Assembly (NCBI GenBank): GCA_043228905.1
Contig: JBHGNT010000008.1
Location: 7,626,001-7,690,000, forward strand
Direction: 5' to 3'
DNA length: 64,000 bases
Origin: Azolla caroliniana
Lineage: Eukaryota > Plantae > Polypodiophyta
Shown: piece after piece, positions 39,506-52,449 of the stretch
Layout of the letters: every line of letters starts with the position of its first letter
Numbering within the stretch: position 1 is the first letter of the stretch
Made by a program: the position numbers and the translations under genes
Notes under the pieces: generated by a model
What the model was told of the DNA's origin: nothing
What the model saw: the letters and a program-made list of their open reading frames with translations, nothing else
Databases searched by the model: none

Positions 39506-40411
39506 CCATCCCCCGGTTGTCCTCTGCACTTTGTAGGAATCGTGGTCGCCAAAATAGTGTTGTCTGCCTGGCCGGACTAGCCTCAACACAAGTGTCTATC
39601 CGACACTTCTCTAAAGGGGTGGTAAGGATTGGATGCTAGGTTACACGCGTAAGATGATTACACTAAGCACAGACGGTAAAACAATACAAAGATAAAGATA
39701 AACACGCAATAATTATATTTGTATTACTTCCGTAAAGCATTTACAAATCATCGGATCCTTTTATAGGCATCCGGCAAGGTTACAATCGGTGCGCTTAGGC
39801 AACTGGCATCCGAATCGGTCCGGATCCAGATCGGTACAACTCTACCGGATCCGTCCCTTCGAATAATAATTATACTATTATTTACTTCCTATTATCCAAT
39901 CCGACTCCGCCTTCCCACTTGTCCTTGCTCTTCTGACCGGCCAACAAACTACCACATGGGTTATTGTCAGGAATAGTACTAAAGCAGAGATGGAATTAGT
40001 ACTAAGAAGAGCAGTACTATTAGTACTAAGAGGACGGGACTGCGTAAGATTCCTGAGAGAGAGGAAGTGAGAAGAGGAGAGAGAGAGATAGGATGATGAC
40101 AACAACTCTTATATGATATGAAAGATAAGTACAAATCGGCTAAGAGGCTTAAGAATGGTGTTGAACCAATTTGGTTCAAAACAATGCCTTGTGCCTCCTT
40201 TTATAGTGTTTTTAGGAATAATCCTGAAGCTTCTAGAATGTTCTAGAGAGATCTGGAATATACATCAATTTTCTATGATAAAGCATAAATGAAAATAATA
40301 TTCTACAAATTACAATTTATAGTCTAATGGTAAGAACTCCACCCATGTAGCATAAGGTCATGGGTTCGAGTCTTGCCATATCATGACACATATTATGACA
40401 CTATCTCCCCC

Positions 40412-43400
40412 TTAAAGACGACGAGTGGAACGAGTCGGCGCTAATTGCGGACCGGGTTTGTCCGGATACTTTCGGTGGAAATCAGCAAGAAGATCCTGTG
40501 CATTGGCAACATGCTCGACGGGTTCCCAAGTACGTTCGCTCGGACTATAACTGAGCCAATCGACCAAGTAATAAAGTTTGTTGCGAACAAGTTTGGAATC
40601 GAGGATGGAAGCAACTTCATACTCCGGGCCGGCGTCCAACTCCAGCGGGGGCGGCGGTGGTGTCACACGATCGGGAATGGTGTTTGCTTTATAAGGTTCA
40701 AGAAGAGAACAATGGAAAACCGGATGTATCTGAAGCTGCAGAGGGACATCAAGGCGGAAGGTGACATCATTAATCTTACCCGTAATACGGAAGGGACTGA
40801 GTCGTCGATAATCCAACTTGTCGCACGGTCGAGTAGTCTTGATGTGACGACGTAAGAGCCATACTCGATCTCCGATGGCAAAAGAGGAGGGAATCCGATG
40901 ACGATCCCCATAAGTCTTCTATGTGTGTTGAGCATGACAAAGGTGAGTAGAGAGATCCATCTGGATCTTGCGTAGCCTCTCCAAATGATCCTCGGCACGA
41001 GGGTTGGTAGGTAGCTCCAGAGTGTCGATCACCGACCAACGAGGATGGAAACCGGTATAAGCGAAAAATGGGGAGACCTGAGTCAAGGAGTGAATAGCAT
41101 TATTATACGCAAACTCCGCAAAGTGGAGAATCTCGGCCCAATCGTCCTGTTGATAACTCAGGAAACACCGGAGTTATTGCTCCAGCGTTTGGTTTGTTCG
41201 TTCCGCCTGCCCGTCGGTCTGAGGATGGTAACCGGAGGAGAGATTGCAGGAGACCTTGAGCATCTTGAAGAGATGCTGCCAAACTTTGGAGACAAATTGC
41301 GGGCCTCGGTCACTGATAATACTGTCTGGGAGGCCATGATGCCAAAATACCTCATGCATAACAAGAGCGGCGGTTTCCTCGCTAGTGATGGCTTTAGTAC
41401 ACGACACAGAATGTGCCATCTTCGTGTATCGATCGACGACGGTTAGGATAACATCGAACCCCTTCGAGACCGGCAGATCTGTGATAAAATCAAGACAAAT
41501 AGACTGCCACGACTTACTTGGAATCGGTAAGGGTTCCAACAAGCCATATGGATGGTGTCGTGGCATCTTTGCTCGGCAGCAAGCATCACAGGTCCGAACG
41601 TAGTCGTCGACAAAACGGCGCATGTGGGGCCACCAAAAAGATCGCTGCACTAGCTCCAACGTCTTAGTACTACCGAAATGTCCCGCCGTATGGGTGTCAT
41701 GACAATGTTGGATGATTTGAAGGCGACAGGAGCAATCAAGGACATATACACGCTTTTTAAAGAATAACAAACCATCATGATATTCGAATTGTCGGTAGTC
41801 AATACCTGGTTGTTGAGACCGAGAACAGGATACCTGAGAAGTATCAATGTGCGCCAGGATGTCTTGAGCAAAACTATCCATCTTCAAGGTTGCACGTATG
41901 TCATCGGTAATCCGTGAATCCATCGGGATGTGAAAAATCCGCGTTGTGTGCAATCGTGTTGGTCCCAAGATTACTTGCTTTTGATTATCAAATGTTGCGT
42001 CACCAAGACGAGGTGCAAGATATGAACGCCGTGATAGTGCATCTGCTTTTCCTTGCTGCTTCCCCGGTCGATATGTGATTTTGAAGTCGAAACGCGTGAG
42101 GAATTGCGCCCACCGAGCTTGCCTTCGATTTAGTACGCGAGCGTTCTGAAAATAAGCAAGATTTTTATGATCGCTAAAGACAATGACCTGATGTGGAGAG
42201 CCCTCTAAGAAATGCCGCCATTGTACAAATGAATCCACGATGGCTAATAACTCCTTGTCATGTATTTCGTAGTTGATTTCTGCGACATCGAATTTGCGCG
42301 AATGGAAAGCCACCGGATGCAACTCTTCTTTATCGCCTTGTTGAGAAAGGATGCTACCAAGGGCGAAATCTGATGCATCGGCCTCCATGATGAATGGTTT
42401 GCTTGTATCCACATGAGCTAGAATCGGTGCTGATGTAAAGGCTTTCTTAAGATGCCGAAAAGCCATATCTGCTTCTATGGACCAAAGAAATGCTTGACCC
42501 TTCTTCGTAAGTTTATGTGAGAGGTAAAATAATCTTCGAGTAATCCTGTATAAACTTACAGTAGAAGTTAGCAAAACCTAGAAAACATTGTACATCTCGT
42601 ATTGACCGTGGAATTTGCCACTCTAGTACAGTTTGGATTCTAGCTGGATCCATGGCGATGCCTTTTGAGGAGATGACGTAGCCTAGAAATTCCACTTGCT
42701 TGCAGTCAAAGATACATTTTTCTAGCTTGGCATAAAGACCATTCTCACGGAGTCGCTTTAGTACTAATAGTACATGAGAATCGTGCTCTTCCTGGGTCTT
42801 CGAATAAATCAATAGATCATCCAGATAAATGATCAAACAGATATCCAAGAGATCTCTGAATATATCATTTGCCATGTGTTGGAAGATTACGGGTGCATTG
42901 GTTAGGCCAAACGGCATAACAGTATACTCGAAATGCCCATACTGCGTGCGAAAGGCGGTCTTCCACTCATCTCCCGGTCAGATCCGCACGAGGTTATACG
43001 CTCCTCGTAGGTCAATTTTAGTAAAAAACTTGGCACCATTAACTCGCTCTAAAAGACTTGATATAAGAGGAAGTGCATACCTATTCCGGATGGTGACTTT
43101 ATTCAATCCGCGGTAATCAACGACAAGACGAAGTGAGCCATCTTTCTTCTTGACAAAGAAGATGGGTGCACCGGCCGGAGATTTCGAATGGCGGATGAAC
43201 CCGCTTGCCAAGTTCTCCTCTATGTAGGCTCGAAGAACTTCTAACTCGGTGGGTGACAAGTTGTAAATTGGTCCCCATGGTGGCTCGGTTCCTGGTTGTA
43301 AATCGATGGGACAGTCATAGGGACAGTGATGAGGAAGGGTACCGGCTTTACCTTGTCAAATACATCGGCATAAGGATAATATTTTGCTGGAAGTTGTACT

Positions 43401-43990
43401 GAGGAGTCCTTCTTAATAGTGCTGGAAGGATGTACTGATATTGCAAATAGGAACATTGCCTCCTTGGGTCCTTCGCGTAGTTGATGGAGTGAAATGGTCG
43501 AAACTTGGTGAGTTGATTCTTGGGGTGGTCGATATCAGACTTCTCTTGTTCTCCAATCTATGGCTGGATTATGTAATTCAAACCAAGGTAATCCTAGGAC
43601 AATGGGATGCTCTGGATTACTAATTATATTAAATGATATTACACACACAAAACTACCTTGGACAACTTGAATGGGTTCTGATTCTTCTACAATATTCCCG
43701 GAAGCAATGGGACGACCATCAATGACTACTACAGATGCGGGACAAGGAAGTTTTCTTAAGGATATTTGAGAAGCTTGGGCAAAATTTCGATCCATGAAAC
43801 AGGAATTAGCTCCGGAATCTAAAAGTGCTAGGACGGGTACTGGGGGAGTACTTTTAGTACTAACAATGACTTGGGCTAGGAACACATTGCTAACTTGCTT
43901 GGAAGGAATGGAACCACTAATGAGTTGTACAGATCTAGGGCCGTTGTCCAACCAAACGGCTCCTATTTTGGCTGGACTCAATTGTTTAAC
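40412..43990 (-). pseudogene. pol PR-RT-RNaseH-IN-chromodomain of I
   Basis: LLDSGA, MPFGLTNAP, YLDD, EADASD, SDRGPQF, EYEVASILDSK...YLVDW; several stops and frameshifts. Confidence 0.92.
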
Positions 43991-45134
43991 TCTTCATCTA
44001 ATTGACTAAGGATTTCAAATTTATTTGAGGTACTTGGGCTATTAGTACTATGAATACTATCAAACACTCTATTAGTACTATTAATACTATCAGACACTCC
44101 TAAGGGAAGAATTGACTCGGGTTTAGTACAGGCTACAATTTGATTTACCTGTCTTCTTGGCCTATGGGGACAATTGATTGCGATATGCCCTGGTCCACCG
44201 CAATAAAGACATAATCGATTTGCACGTCGTCGTTGCTTTTCTTCTTCCGATAACGGGCCGCGTCGACGCATGGTATCGATCTCCATCGGTGTCGAAGTAT
44301 TTGCTTGAGGTATGTCTCGTGCAAACGGTCTAGCCGCGACTACGGCGTAAGTGGGCTCCGGCCTAGCGCGTGGTATCTGTAATTGACGTTCCGAACGCCG
44401 TTCGAAAAGGCGGTTGTCACATCGGACCGCTCGACTGATTGCCTCCGTAAGAGACTTTGGTTCTTCGGGGATGGTTAGAAGTAGATCTTTGACATCATTT
44501 CGCAGGCCATAGCGAAACTGCTCCATTAGTGCTTGATCATCCCAGGGTATGTCGGAAGCGAGTAGGCGGAAATCTGCCGCGTAGGCAGAGGCTGGACGAT
44601 CGCCTTGACGCAATCGCCGGATCTCGTTGATCTCCGTCCTGATGCTGTCGGTGTCTCCACAGCAGGATTTGAACTCACTAATAAAATCTTCAAAGTTATT
44701 AAACAAGGGCGATTGTTTTTCTAGAAGCGGAGCGAACCATGCTAAGGCTGAGCCGCTAAGCAATGTGCCTATTAAGCCGACTCGGGATGCATCAGTGGGG
44801 TATCGGGAAGGATGCATTTGGAGGACTAATCGTACCTGATTAAGGAATCCCCTGAATTGCGATTGCGTTCCATCAAATTTCACAGGAAGTCCAATCTTCG
44901 GCTCTTTATGAAATCCTTGGGGACTTGATCCTTGTTGTTGCAATGCCACTTCCAGTTGTTGCACCTGTAACGCTAACTCCCCATGTTGTTGCTGCGTTTG
45001 TTGCTTTTCTAGAGCGATTTGTTGCAGATCCCTATCAGCCGTTGGTTTTCTTGTTCCAGGGCAACAAACTTTTCTTTTAGGCACTGTAACTCGGAGAAAA
45101 CGGATTGATATTCTTGGGCGCTAACAGTAGCCAT
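43978..45134 (-). pseudogene. gag of I (1-nt frameshift near the N-terminus)
   Basis: MATVSAQEY..., PVKFDGT, PMEID, CLYCGGPGHIAINC. Confidence 0.9.
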
Positions 45135-46044
45135 AGTAGAGGGAAAAGGGTAGGAGGATGAGGGAGAACGACAAGTAGGCTGGAGGAAAGAGCAAAATTG
45201 GTTCAAACTGTCAGGAATAGTACTAAAGCAGAGATGGAATTAGTACTAAGAAGAGCAATACAATTAGTACTAAGAGGACGGGACTGTGTAAGATTCCCGA
45301 GAGAGAGGAAGTGAGAAGAGGAGAGAGAGAGATAGGATGATGACAACAGCTCTTATATGATATGAAAGATAAGTACAAATCGGCTAAGAGGCTTAAGACT
45401 GGTGTTGAACCAATTTGGTTCAAAACAATGCCTTGTGCCTCCTTTTATAGTGTTTTTAGGAATAATCCTGAAGCTTCTAGAATGTTCCAGAGAGATCTGG
45501 AATATACAGATTCAATTTTCTATGATAAAGCATAAATGAAAATAATATCCTACAAATTACAATTCATAGTCTAATGGTAAGAGCTCCACCCATGTAGCAT
45601 AAGGTCATGGGTTCAAGTCTTGCTATATCATGACACATATCATGACAGTTATCTCCTAAACGTAATATAGACCATCGTATAGATATTGTACCTGGTGTTG
45701 CACCAATAAGAATACCTCCGTATCACTTAAATCGATCCGAAGAGGATGAGATATCTAAGCAACTCAAGGACTATTTACGAATGGGTTATATACGTTATAG
45801 TAAATCTCCATGGGGTGCACCTGTTCTCTTGGTAAAAAAGAAAGAGGGCACATGGCGTATGTGTATTAATTACCGACGCCTGAATAAAGTGACGATCAAG
45901 AATTCATATCCATTGCCTCGGGCTAACGATCTAATTGACCGTCTTCGGGGAGCTCGATATTTTACGAAACTTGATCTCCGTATGTGCTACCATCAAATTC
46001 GTATAAGTGAGGAAGATGTTCCTAAAACAACATTTCGTATGCGC

Positions 46045-46590
46045 TATCGTGAAAATCCGTCATTATGAGCGGATCGTGAGGCGGAACCGCCGGGGTTATG
46101 GATTGGAAGGAATTAGTGCTCACCTGTACAACACAAGCAAGATTTAAACATAAGACAAGTAGGTGAGAGAAAACGTTCGTTTCTTGCAAAAGAAAATAGA
46201 TTATTTATAATTCTTGAATAATGTTACAATGGATTGGATATGAATATAAAAGATCATTCTTAAAAGAAAGGAGCCAACAACCATGTAAGAAGTGGTCCGA
46301 TATGAATATGAGAGATTATTCTTGAAAGGAAGGAGCCAACAACCTGTAAGGAGTGACCAGTACGAATATGAGAGATTATTCTTGAAAGGAAGGAGTCAAC
46401 AACCATGTAAGGAGTGGTCCGATATCAATATGAGAGATTATTTTTCTCCAAGGAATGGGAGTGAAAAGAAGAGAAAAAAAAGAGTGGAACATATACAGAG
46501 TTCTTTGTTGATCATAGCCTCCCATGTTCCTTTGCATGCGTCCACTTTTAGTTACATGGCCTCCATTTTTAGTTGCTTAGCCTTTACTTT
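46045..46590 (-). repeat. Family C-related LTR end interrupting the G0 RT, with a ~60-bp tandem repeat (~46239-46445); right boundary uncertain
   Basis: 46045-46110 aligns with 2164-2230 (ggatcgtgaggcggaaccgccgggg); TG>TA at the terminus. Confidence 0.65.
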
Positions 46591-48992
46591 TAGTTGCATG
46601 TGACTGTTCGTATAATTCGGCCACATGATCCACTTATCCATAAAGTTCAGCCCGTGCGTAATCCGTATGTGTGCCACAACCGAACGTGGTCCTCACGGTC
46701 TTTTTGTTACCGGAGCTCTTCTTTGAGGCGCTCAATCTCCACTTCCGCCGTCCTCCGAAGTTTCTCTTTTTCTTGAAGGAGTTTGTCTTTCTCTTCTTTT
46801 AGCCGGTCATACGCTTGATGACCTCTTCTCAAGATTTCTTCTGTTTGGCGGAGGATGTTGGCCGTTCTCCTTTGTTCCTCCTCCGCTGCTTTTTTCAATT
46901 CTCGTTCCCTGGCTCATAAGTCTTCTTGTGCTCCTCGGTCCTCCCTCAGTGTGGCGAGCTCCTGTGTTGACAATTCATGAGTATCTGGGCCTGCCGCCGT
47001 CACCGGGGTTTGATCGTTCTATCGAGTTACCGAGGCCACCGGTTTTGATTGCTAGGGTCCTTCTATGACCAACTTGGCCATTTCTATTCTGGCCTTCTCT
47101 ATGTCTTCTTCCATGCTCCGGATTATTGACCGGGCCATCTCTAATTCCTCGGCTGTGGCTAGCAACCAGGATTCCTACGCTTTCTCTTCTGCTTCTAACT
47201 AGTAGAAAACACCAGTCACTTGTTCTACCAACCATCGGAGCCATTGACTACCGGTGCCTTGTGGTCGTGGGATGGTGTTTTCACTGGTCACGAGCCTACT
47301 ATTGACGGTTACGTCAAACGGCCGCTCCGGTTCTGGCTGTTGCTGTTACGACGGTGATGCCGGCAATTCAATGACCGGTTCTTCATCCACTGGTACTGTC
47401 GTGTCCTGGGTTGTTGGTTCCACGATGTTCTGCTGCAACATTTGCTCCGTCCCCGATTCTTGTTGAGCCAGTTTTGTCGCCTTCCTCGGTTGCGGCTCCT
47501 CCGGGAGGGGTTCCCGTATCCTGCCCTTTGTTAGCCTTGATGTCCCCCCTTCATGGCCCTTTTCACTTGTCTAGCAATGCCGTAGCAACGTCTCGGTCGG
47601 CTCATCTTCTTGCTAGTCTTCTTCCAGGGTCTCGTTGTTGATTAACGCCACCAAGGGGTCTTGCCCCTGCATTTTCTCCGGTTGCTGTTCTGCTTGTTGT
47701 TCCAACATGCGCAACTTGATTTTCAACGGTCTCCCTGAGGTGTCCACCGATGCCTCCTTCTCTGCCAGCCGCTTCCGATTAGACCGTTCCTTCGCCTGGG
47801 TAGCCAAGAGTTGCTGCTGTTTTGAAGCTGTTTTGGGGGTCACTTCTGTCGGTCTTCCCCTCTTCCTTTGTGTAAAAAGAATAGCGTGTGGAAGCAAGTA
47901 GAAAACCAAACACCGAGAATATGCAGGTTTAATAGAGAGCTTGAAAATACACAGTACTTGGGAGTGACAGAGAGCTAAATTCAAAAATAATACTCAATCT
48001 GTACATAGGATGTGCTCAGTGAGCACTTTTATACAAGTCCATATGGACTGACAGAAGTATTGACACGTACTTCAATGCTCATAAGTGAGCTCTACACTAA
48101 CTTCCAAAATGTATTCCTACGCGAAATATCTTCCCAATAGCCTCGCGGTTTACACACCACTACGGCTTCTCGTTGCGTACTAGTCTACGCACCGGTCCGG
48201 CCTAACTGATCGATCCCAACCGATTCGGTTCTCGGCTTGCACAGCTGATCCGGCCAATGTTGAGCTTGTATCTCAACACTCCCCCTCAAGCTCCACTTGA
48301 GGTTCCATCCGCTCATCCGAATCTTTGCTCTGGTTCCTTCTAGCTTCACGCCTCACTCGCGCTCCTCGACCTGTTCGATTCCACGCGCCTCGACCCTTCC
48401 GGTCGGCTTGTCTGCTCACACGGCCCTTCTCAACTTCCTTGTTGTTGCGGTGTTGGTGCTTCTTCTGCTGCCTTCTCTTCCGCTTGGCCCTTGGTTGATT
48501 CAACGTATCCGAATCAAACATCCGAACTAACTCGTCTTCCTCCGATCGGTTTTCGCTCTGGTCTGAGTTGGTTGTCTAAAAATTGTCTTCAGTCTTCTCG
48601 TCCTTGGTTGGCTTCGGCTCTTTCTTTCGACTGCTCCCCTTATGTCCTCTTTTGGAATCTTCCACGGGTCCTCCCTCAGCTTCTTCAGCCGATCCGAAAT
48701 CGAATTCGTCATCCGACTCGGCGTCGCGGTCTTCCGAAACTTCTCTCCCCCTTCCGTGGTCATTTCGAGACGTCTCTCCCCCTCAAGTTCGGCACGTCGA
48801 GGTGGCGCAACCCAAGCACACCCGAGAATCGCCGCAACTTGTCCAAACCAAGAGGCTTGGTGAAGATGTCGGCGGTCTGCCGATCTGTCGAAACATACTG
48901 AAGTTCGACATCATCAGAGAGTACGCGCTCGCGGACAAAATGGTAGTGCACCTCAATGTGCTTAGTCCACTTTGCGAGATGGATGCTGCTGA

Positions 48993-51900
48993 TGTCAAGA
49001 TTCGAACTCTTGACACGACCATGTTATAATCTAGTATTATGAGTTAACCAAGATATCTAGTACATAGTTATATATGTAATTGGTCCTTATTATTTACACT
49101 TGGCACATGCATGCATACTGAAAAGAGAGATGATGATAGAAAAGAGAGAGAAGGAAGATATAGAAACCCAAATCTACAAAGATATATTAATAAGGAGTGA
49201 TGATCATAGAAACAAGAGAAAGAAGATACATAAATTCAAGCCTACAAGGATGAATTGATCACTAGAAAAACGCACTACATGAATAGGCAAGAAAAACACC
49301 ACAAGAAAAAAACTCTCCTCACCACCTCACTCTTCTTGCTTTGTATGAAGTTCTCCTCTAGTAGATAAGTTTCGCTTGCTTTCTTTTCCACGCTTTTTTT
49401 AGAGCTTTTCCATCTCCTATTCTTAGCTATGACACAACGATCTTTTAATCGTCATATCTCCCTCATCCATGCTCCAAATTTAGAGGTTTAAAAAGATACG
49501 GATAGCTCACGTCATAAGCTTACTAACCCATATTTACACGTGATATTTGGGTGTCAAACGAGAGAGTTATGAGCGTTTGTTTCTGACTGCTTTTTGGTGG
49601 TCTGCTTTTTCCTTCTTTTACTTTTCTCCATCTTTCTTGCTTTTAGTTTGACTTATACTTGAAACCTTAGCTCGTGCTTTTAGTTTGACTTATACTTGAA
49701 ACCTTAGCTCGTGTTCTTGGCCTTCGGGTGTGAATGCTCCATACCTTATATTTTTGTAGACTTCAATACCTTGAATTCTAAAAACACTTTCACACATACC
49801 TACATGCTCTATTGTAGATTCACATGCGTGCAACAAGTATGCATGCCATGTAGTATAAATAGAGGAGTTCACCTTGAAGGAATTCAAGGTGAGCAACTCC
49901 AGTTATGGAGTCTTTCCTTTAATACTATCTTCTTTCTTGTCCATTTTGTTATCTTCTTGCTTGTCTCTTGAGCTTATGATCCGTGACAGTTTGTTCACCT
50001 TCCCATCCTCATAGCTCTCCCTCTCATAAGCCATAGCTATGTCCGACTCAACTACTGAGTTAGGCCAAATAATGGTAGCCTTACGACAACTACAACTTGA
50101 AAATGAAGCTCTTTGAAATTCTTTACAAGAACTTCAAGTCGGTACCTCCCTATCCTCACAACCCCCGAACCCTAGTCTCCCACAACAACCTTGCCTAGAG
50201 CCCGATCTTCTACCCACATCTAGCCTAGCTTCGTCACAGTTTCTTGAGCCTAAGGTTAGCCTCCCAGAAAAATTTGATGGAACGAGGTCACATTTCCGAG
50301 GGTTCATCAACCAAGTTCGACATATCATTCGGCTACAACCTCAACGTTATGGAGATGGTCTTCGACAAGTCGGCCTTGTGGGCACCCTTCTCTTCGGTCC
50401 GGCCCAAGCTTGGTTTGCACCATTGGTAGAAACCTCGTCACCTCTATTGGAGGACTTTCCCGCCTTCCTCACCGAGTTAGAGACCACATTTGGAGAGACA
50501 GACCGACGACGTACAACTCTTAAGAAGATTTATGCACTCGAACAAGGTTCGCGTGTAGCTTCGGTCTATGCTTCAGAAATTCGACAACTAGCATGCGACG
50601 TCCCTTGGGATGATCAAGCTTTAACTGATCACTTTCGGCGCGGCCTTCGAAGCAATGTCAAGAATCTTCTCTTAAACTTTCCGAACCCCTCCAAGGCGAC
50701 CAAAAGGAAGGATCTTGACACCTTAACCATACAAGAGGGTTTTTTGTTCCAAGATCATCTCTTATACGTCCCAGAGGGCCCATGTCGCACCCGGGTGTTG
50801 CGGGAATGCCACGATGACCCACTTGCAGGTCATTTCGGGGTCGCAAAAACCCTTGAGCTAATCTCTCGGGGGTATTGATGGCGACAAACATGGAAGTTGG
50901 TCAAAGAATACATAAAGAGTTGTGAGGTTTTTGCTCGCTCCAAAGCCATTCATCATCGGCCATACGACTTACTACAGCTGCTTCCATGTCCTCGTCGTCC
51001 TTGGGCCTCTATCTCTATGGACCTTATAACTGATCTACCCTTGGTCAATAGCTATGACTCAGTGTTGGTCGTTGTCGATCGGTTTACGAAGATGGCTCAC
51101 TTCACTCCATGCTCCAAAACCATTTCTGGAGAAGGAATGGTGCATCTACTACTCAACAATGTGGTACGCTTGCATGGACTCCCCGATGATGTCATCTCGG
51201 ATCGCGGATCCCAGTTTGTCTCTCACTTCTGGCAGTGCCTGCTACAAACTTTAGGCATCTCTGTCAAGTTGTCCTCCGCTTATCACCCCCAAACTGACAG
51301 TAAAACGGAGCGTGTCAACCAAATCCTTGAGTAGTATCTTCGGTGCTCGATTAGTTACCAACAAGATGATTGGGTAAACTTACTTTCGCTCTCGGAATTT
51401 GCCTACAATAATTCTCTCCATGCATCGACTGGCGTCACTCCCTTCTTTGCCAACTATGGTTTACATCCTCGCTTCAACATTTCCCTTCCTACCACTTCCG
51501 TGAACCCTTCGGTGGAGGATCGTGCCCGCATTTTGGAAGAACTACATCATGATTTATCCTTGGAGCTTAGTCTTGCTAGTGAACGATACAAGAAGCAGGT
51601 TGATCGCCATCGATCTTCCACTCCACACTTTGTCATTGGAGACATGGTCTGGTTGTTACGTCGACACATCTCTACTACTCGTCCATGTGCGAAACTTGAT
51701 TACAAGAAGTTGGGACCATTCCGTATCATCGAGTGCATCAATCCCGTCGCCTTCCGGCTCGCCCTTCCATCCCACTTCCGGATTCACGATGTTTTTCATG
51801 TCTCCCTCCTCGAACCCCATTATGCTTCCCAACTCCCAAGACGTCAGGCCCTACCACCACCACCTGTGCAATTGACGACAGGGGAGGAATACGAGGTCGA

Positions 51901-52449
51901 CCAAATCCTTGACTCGCGTTGGCACCGTCGACACTTGCAATACCTCGTCCTATGGAGGGGTTACCCCATGTCTGAGGCCACGTAGGAGCCAGCGGCAAAT
52001 TTACAAAATGCCGCAGAGGTCGTCCAAGATTTTCATCACCGATATCCCCACAAACCAGCGGCCGATTTGGGAAGGTGGCGTAGGAGGGGGGATAATGTCA
52101 AGATTCGAACTCTTGACACGACCATGTTATAATCTAGTATTATGAGTTAACCAAGATATCTAGTCCATAGTTATGTATGTAATTGGTCCTTATTATTTTG
52201 CTAGCATCATGTGCATAGTTGCTCCCTTGTAGTATTTACACTTGGCACATGCATGCATACCTACATGCTCTATTGTAGATTCACATGCGTGCAACAAGTA
52301 TGCATGCCATGTAGTATAAATAGAGGAGTTCACCTTGAAGGAATTCAAGGTGAACAACAGCAGTTATGGAGTCTTTCCTTTAATACTATCTTCTTTCTTG
52401 TCCATTTTGTTATCTTCTTGCTTGTCTCTTGAGCTTATGATCCGTGACA
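48993..52449 (+). mobile_element. Non-autonomous chromovirus M: gag fused to IN-chromodomain, with PR-RT-RH deleted
   Basis: LTRs 48993-49988 and 52096-52449, PPT 52082-52095, perfect TSD GCTGA; PEKFDGT, CHDDPLAGHFG, SDRGSQF, EYEVDQILDSR. Confidence 0.92.
49119..49794. repeat. Solo LTR N of a family not otherwise present, inside the 5' LTR of M
   Basis: Absent from the M 3' LTR; TG...CA termini; TSD CATAC (49114-49118 / 49795-49799); ~38-bp tandem duplication at ~49639-49713. Confidence 0.8.

Larger units (their letters stand above)
33228..39946 (-). mobile_element. Non-chromovirus Ty3/gypsy element H (Athila/Phygy-like), decayed, with a deleted 3' region
   Basis: LTRs 39558-39946 and 33228-33600, perfect TSD AACTA, PBS TGGCGACCACG 39541-39551. 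Confidence 0.9.
39965..45647 (-). mobile_element. Tcn1-like chromovirus I, decayed relative of L
   Basis: LTRs 45209-45647 and 39965-40400, PPT 40401-40413, perfect TSD GTTAT. Confidence 0.94.
6461..46044 (+). mobile_element. Old Ty3/gypsy host element G0, fragmented into 6461-6742, 25863-26113, 31724-33227, 39952-39964 and 45653-46044
   Basis: Removing inserts and one TSD copy restores GKAAAWW...GKFPD|TWTDFV (gag), CVFCKKKGHTKEQC, FLFDSGSSHNFV (protease), DVFPSEL|PHG|[11 protein letters not shown] and the RT start [15 protein letters not shown]...YPLP. Confidence 0.78.

Noticed and set aside
40320-40380. Functional tRNA gene
   Set aside because: A and B boxes are present but I cannot fold a proper acceptor and anticodon stem; reported only as a tRNA-like module
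46239-46445. ~60-bp repeats as a CRISPR array
   Set aside because: Head-to-tail degenerate tandem units without spacers
46045-46600. This LTR-like segment as the 3' LTR of element J
   Set aside because: It matches family C termini rather than the H/J-type LTR and I see no PPT; the J boundary is left unresolved
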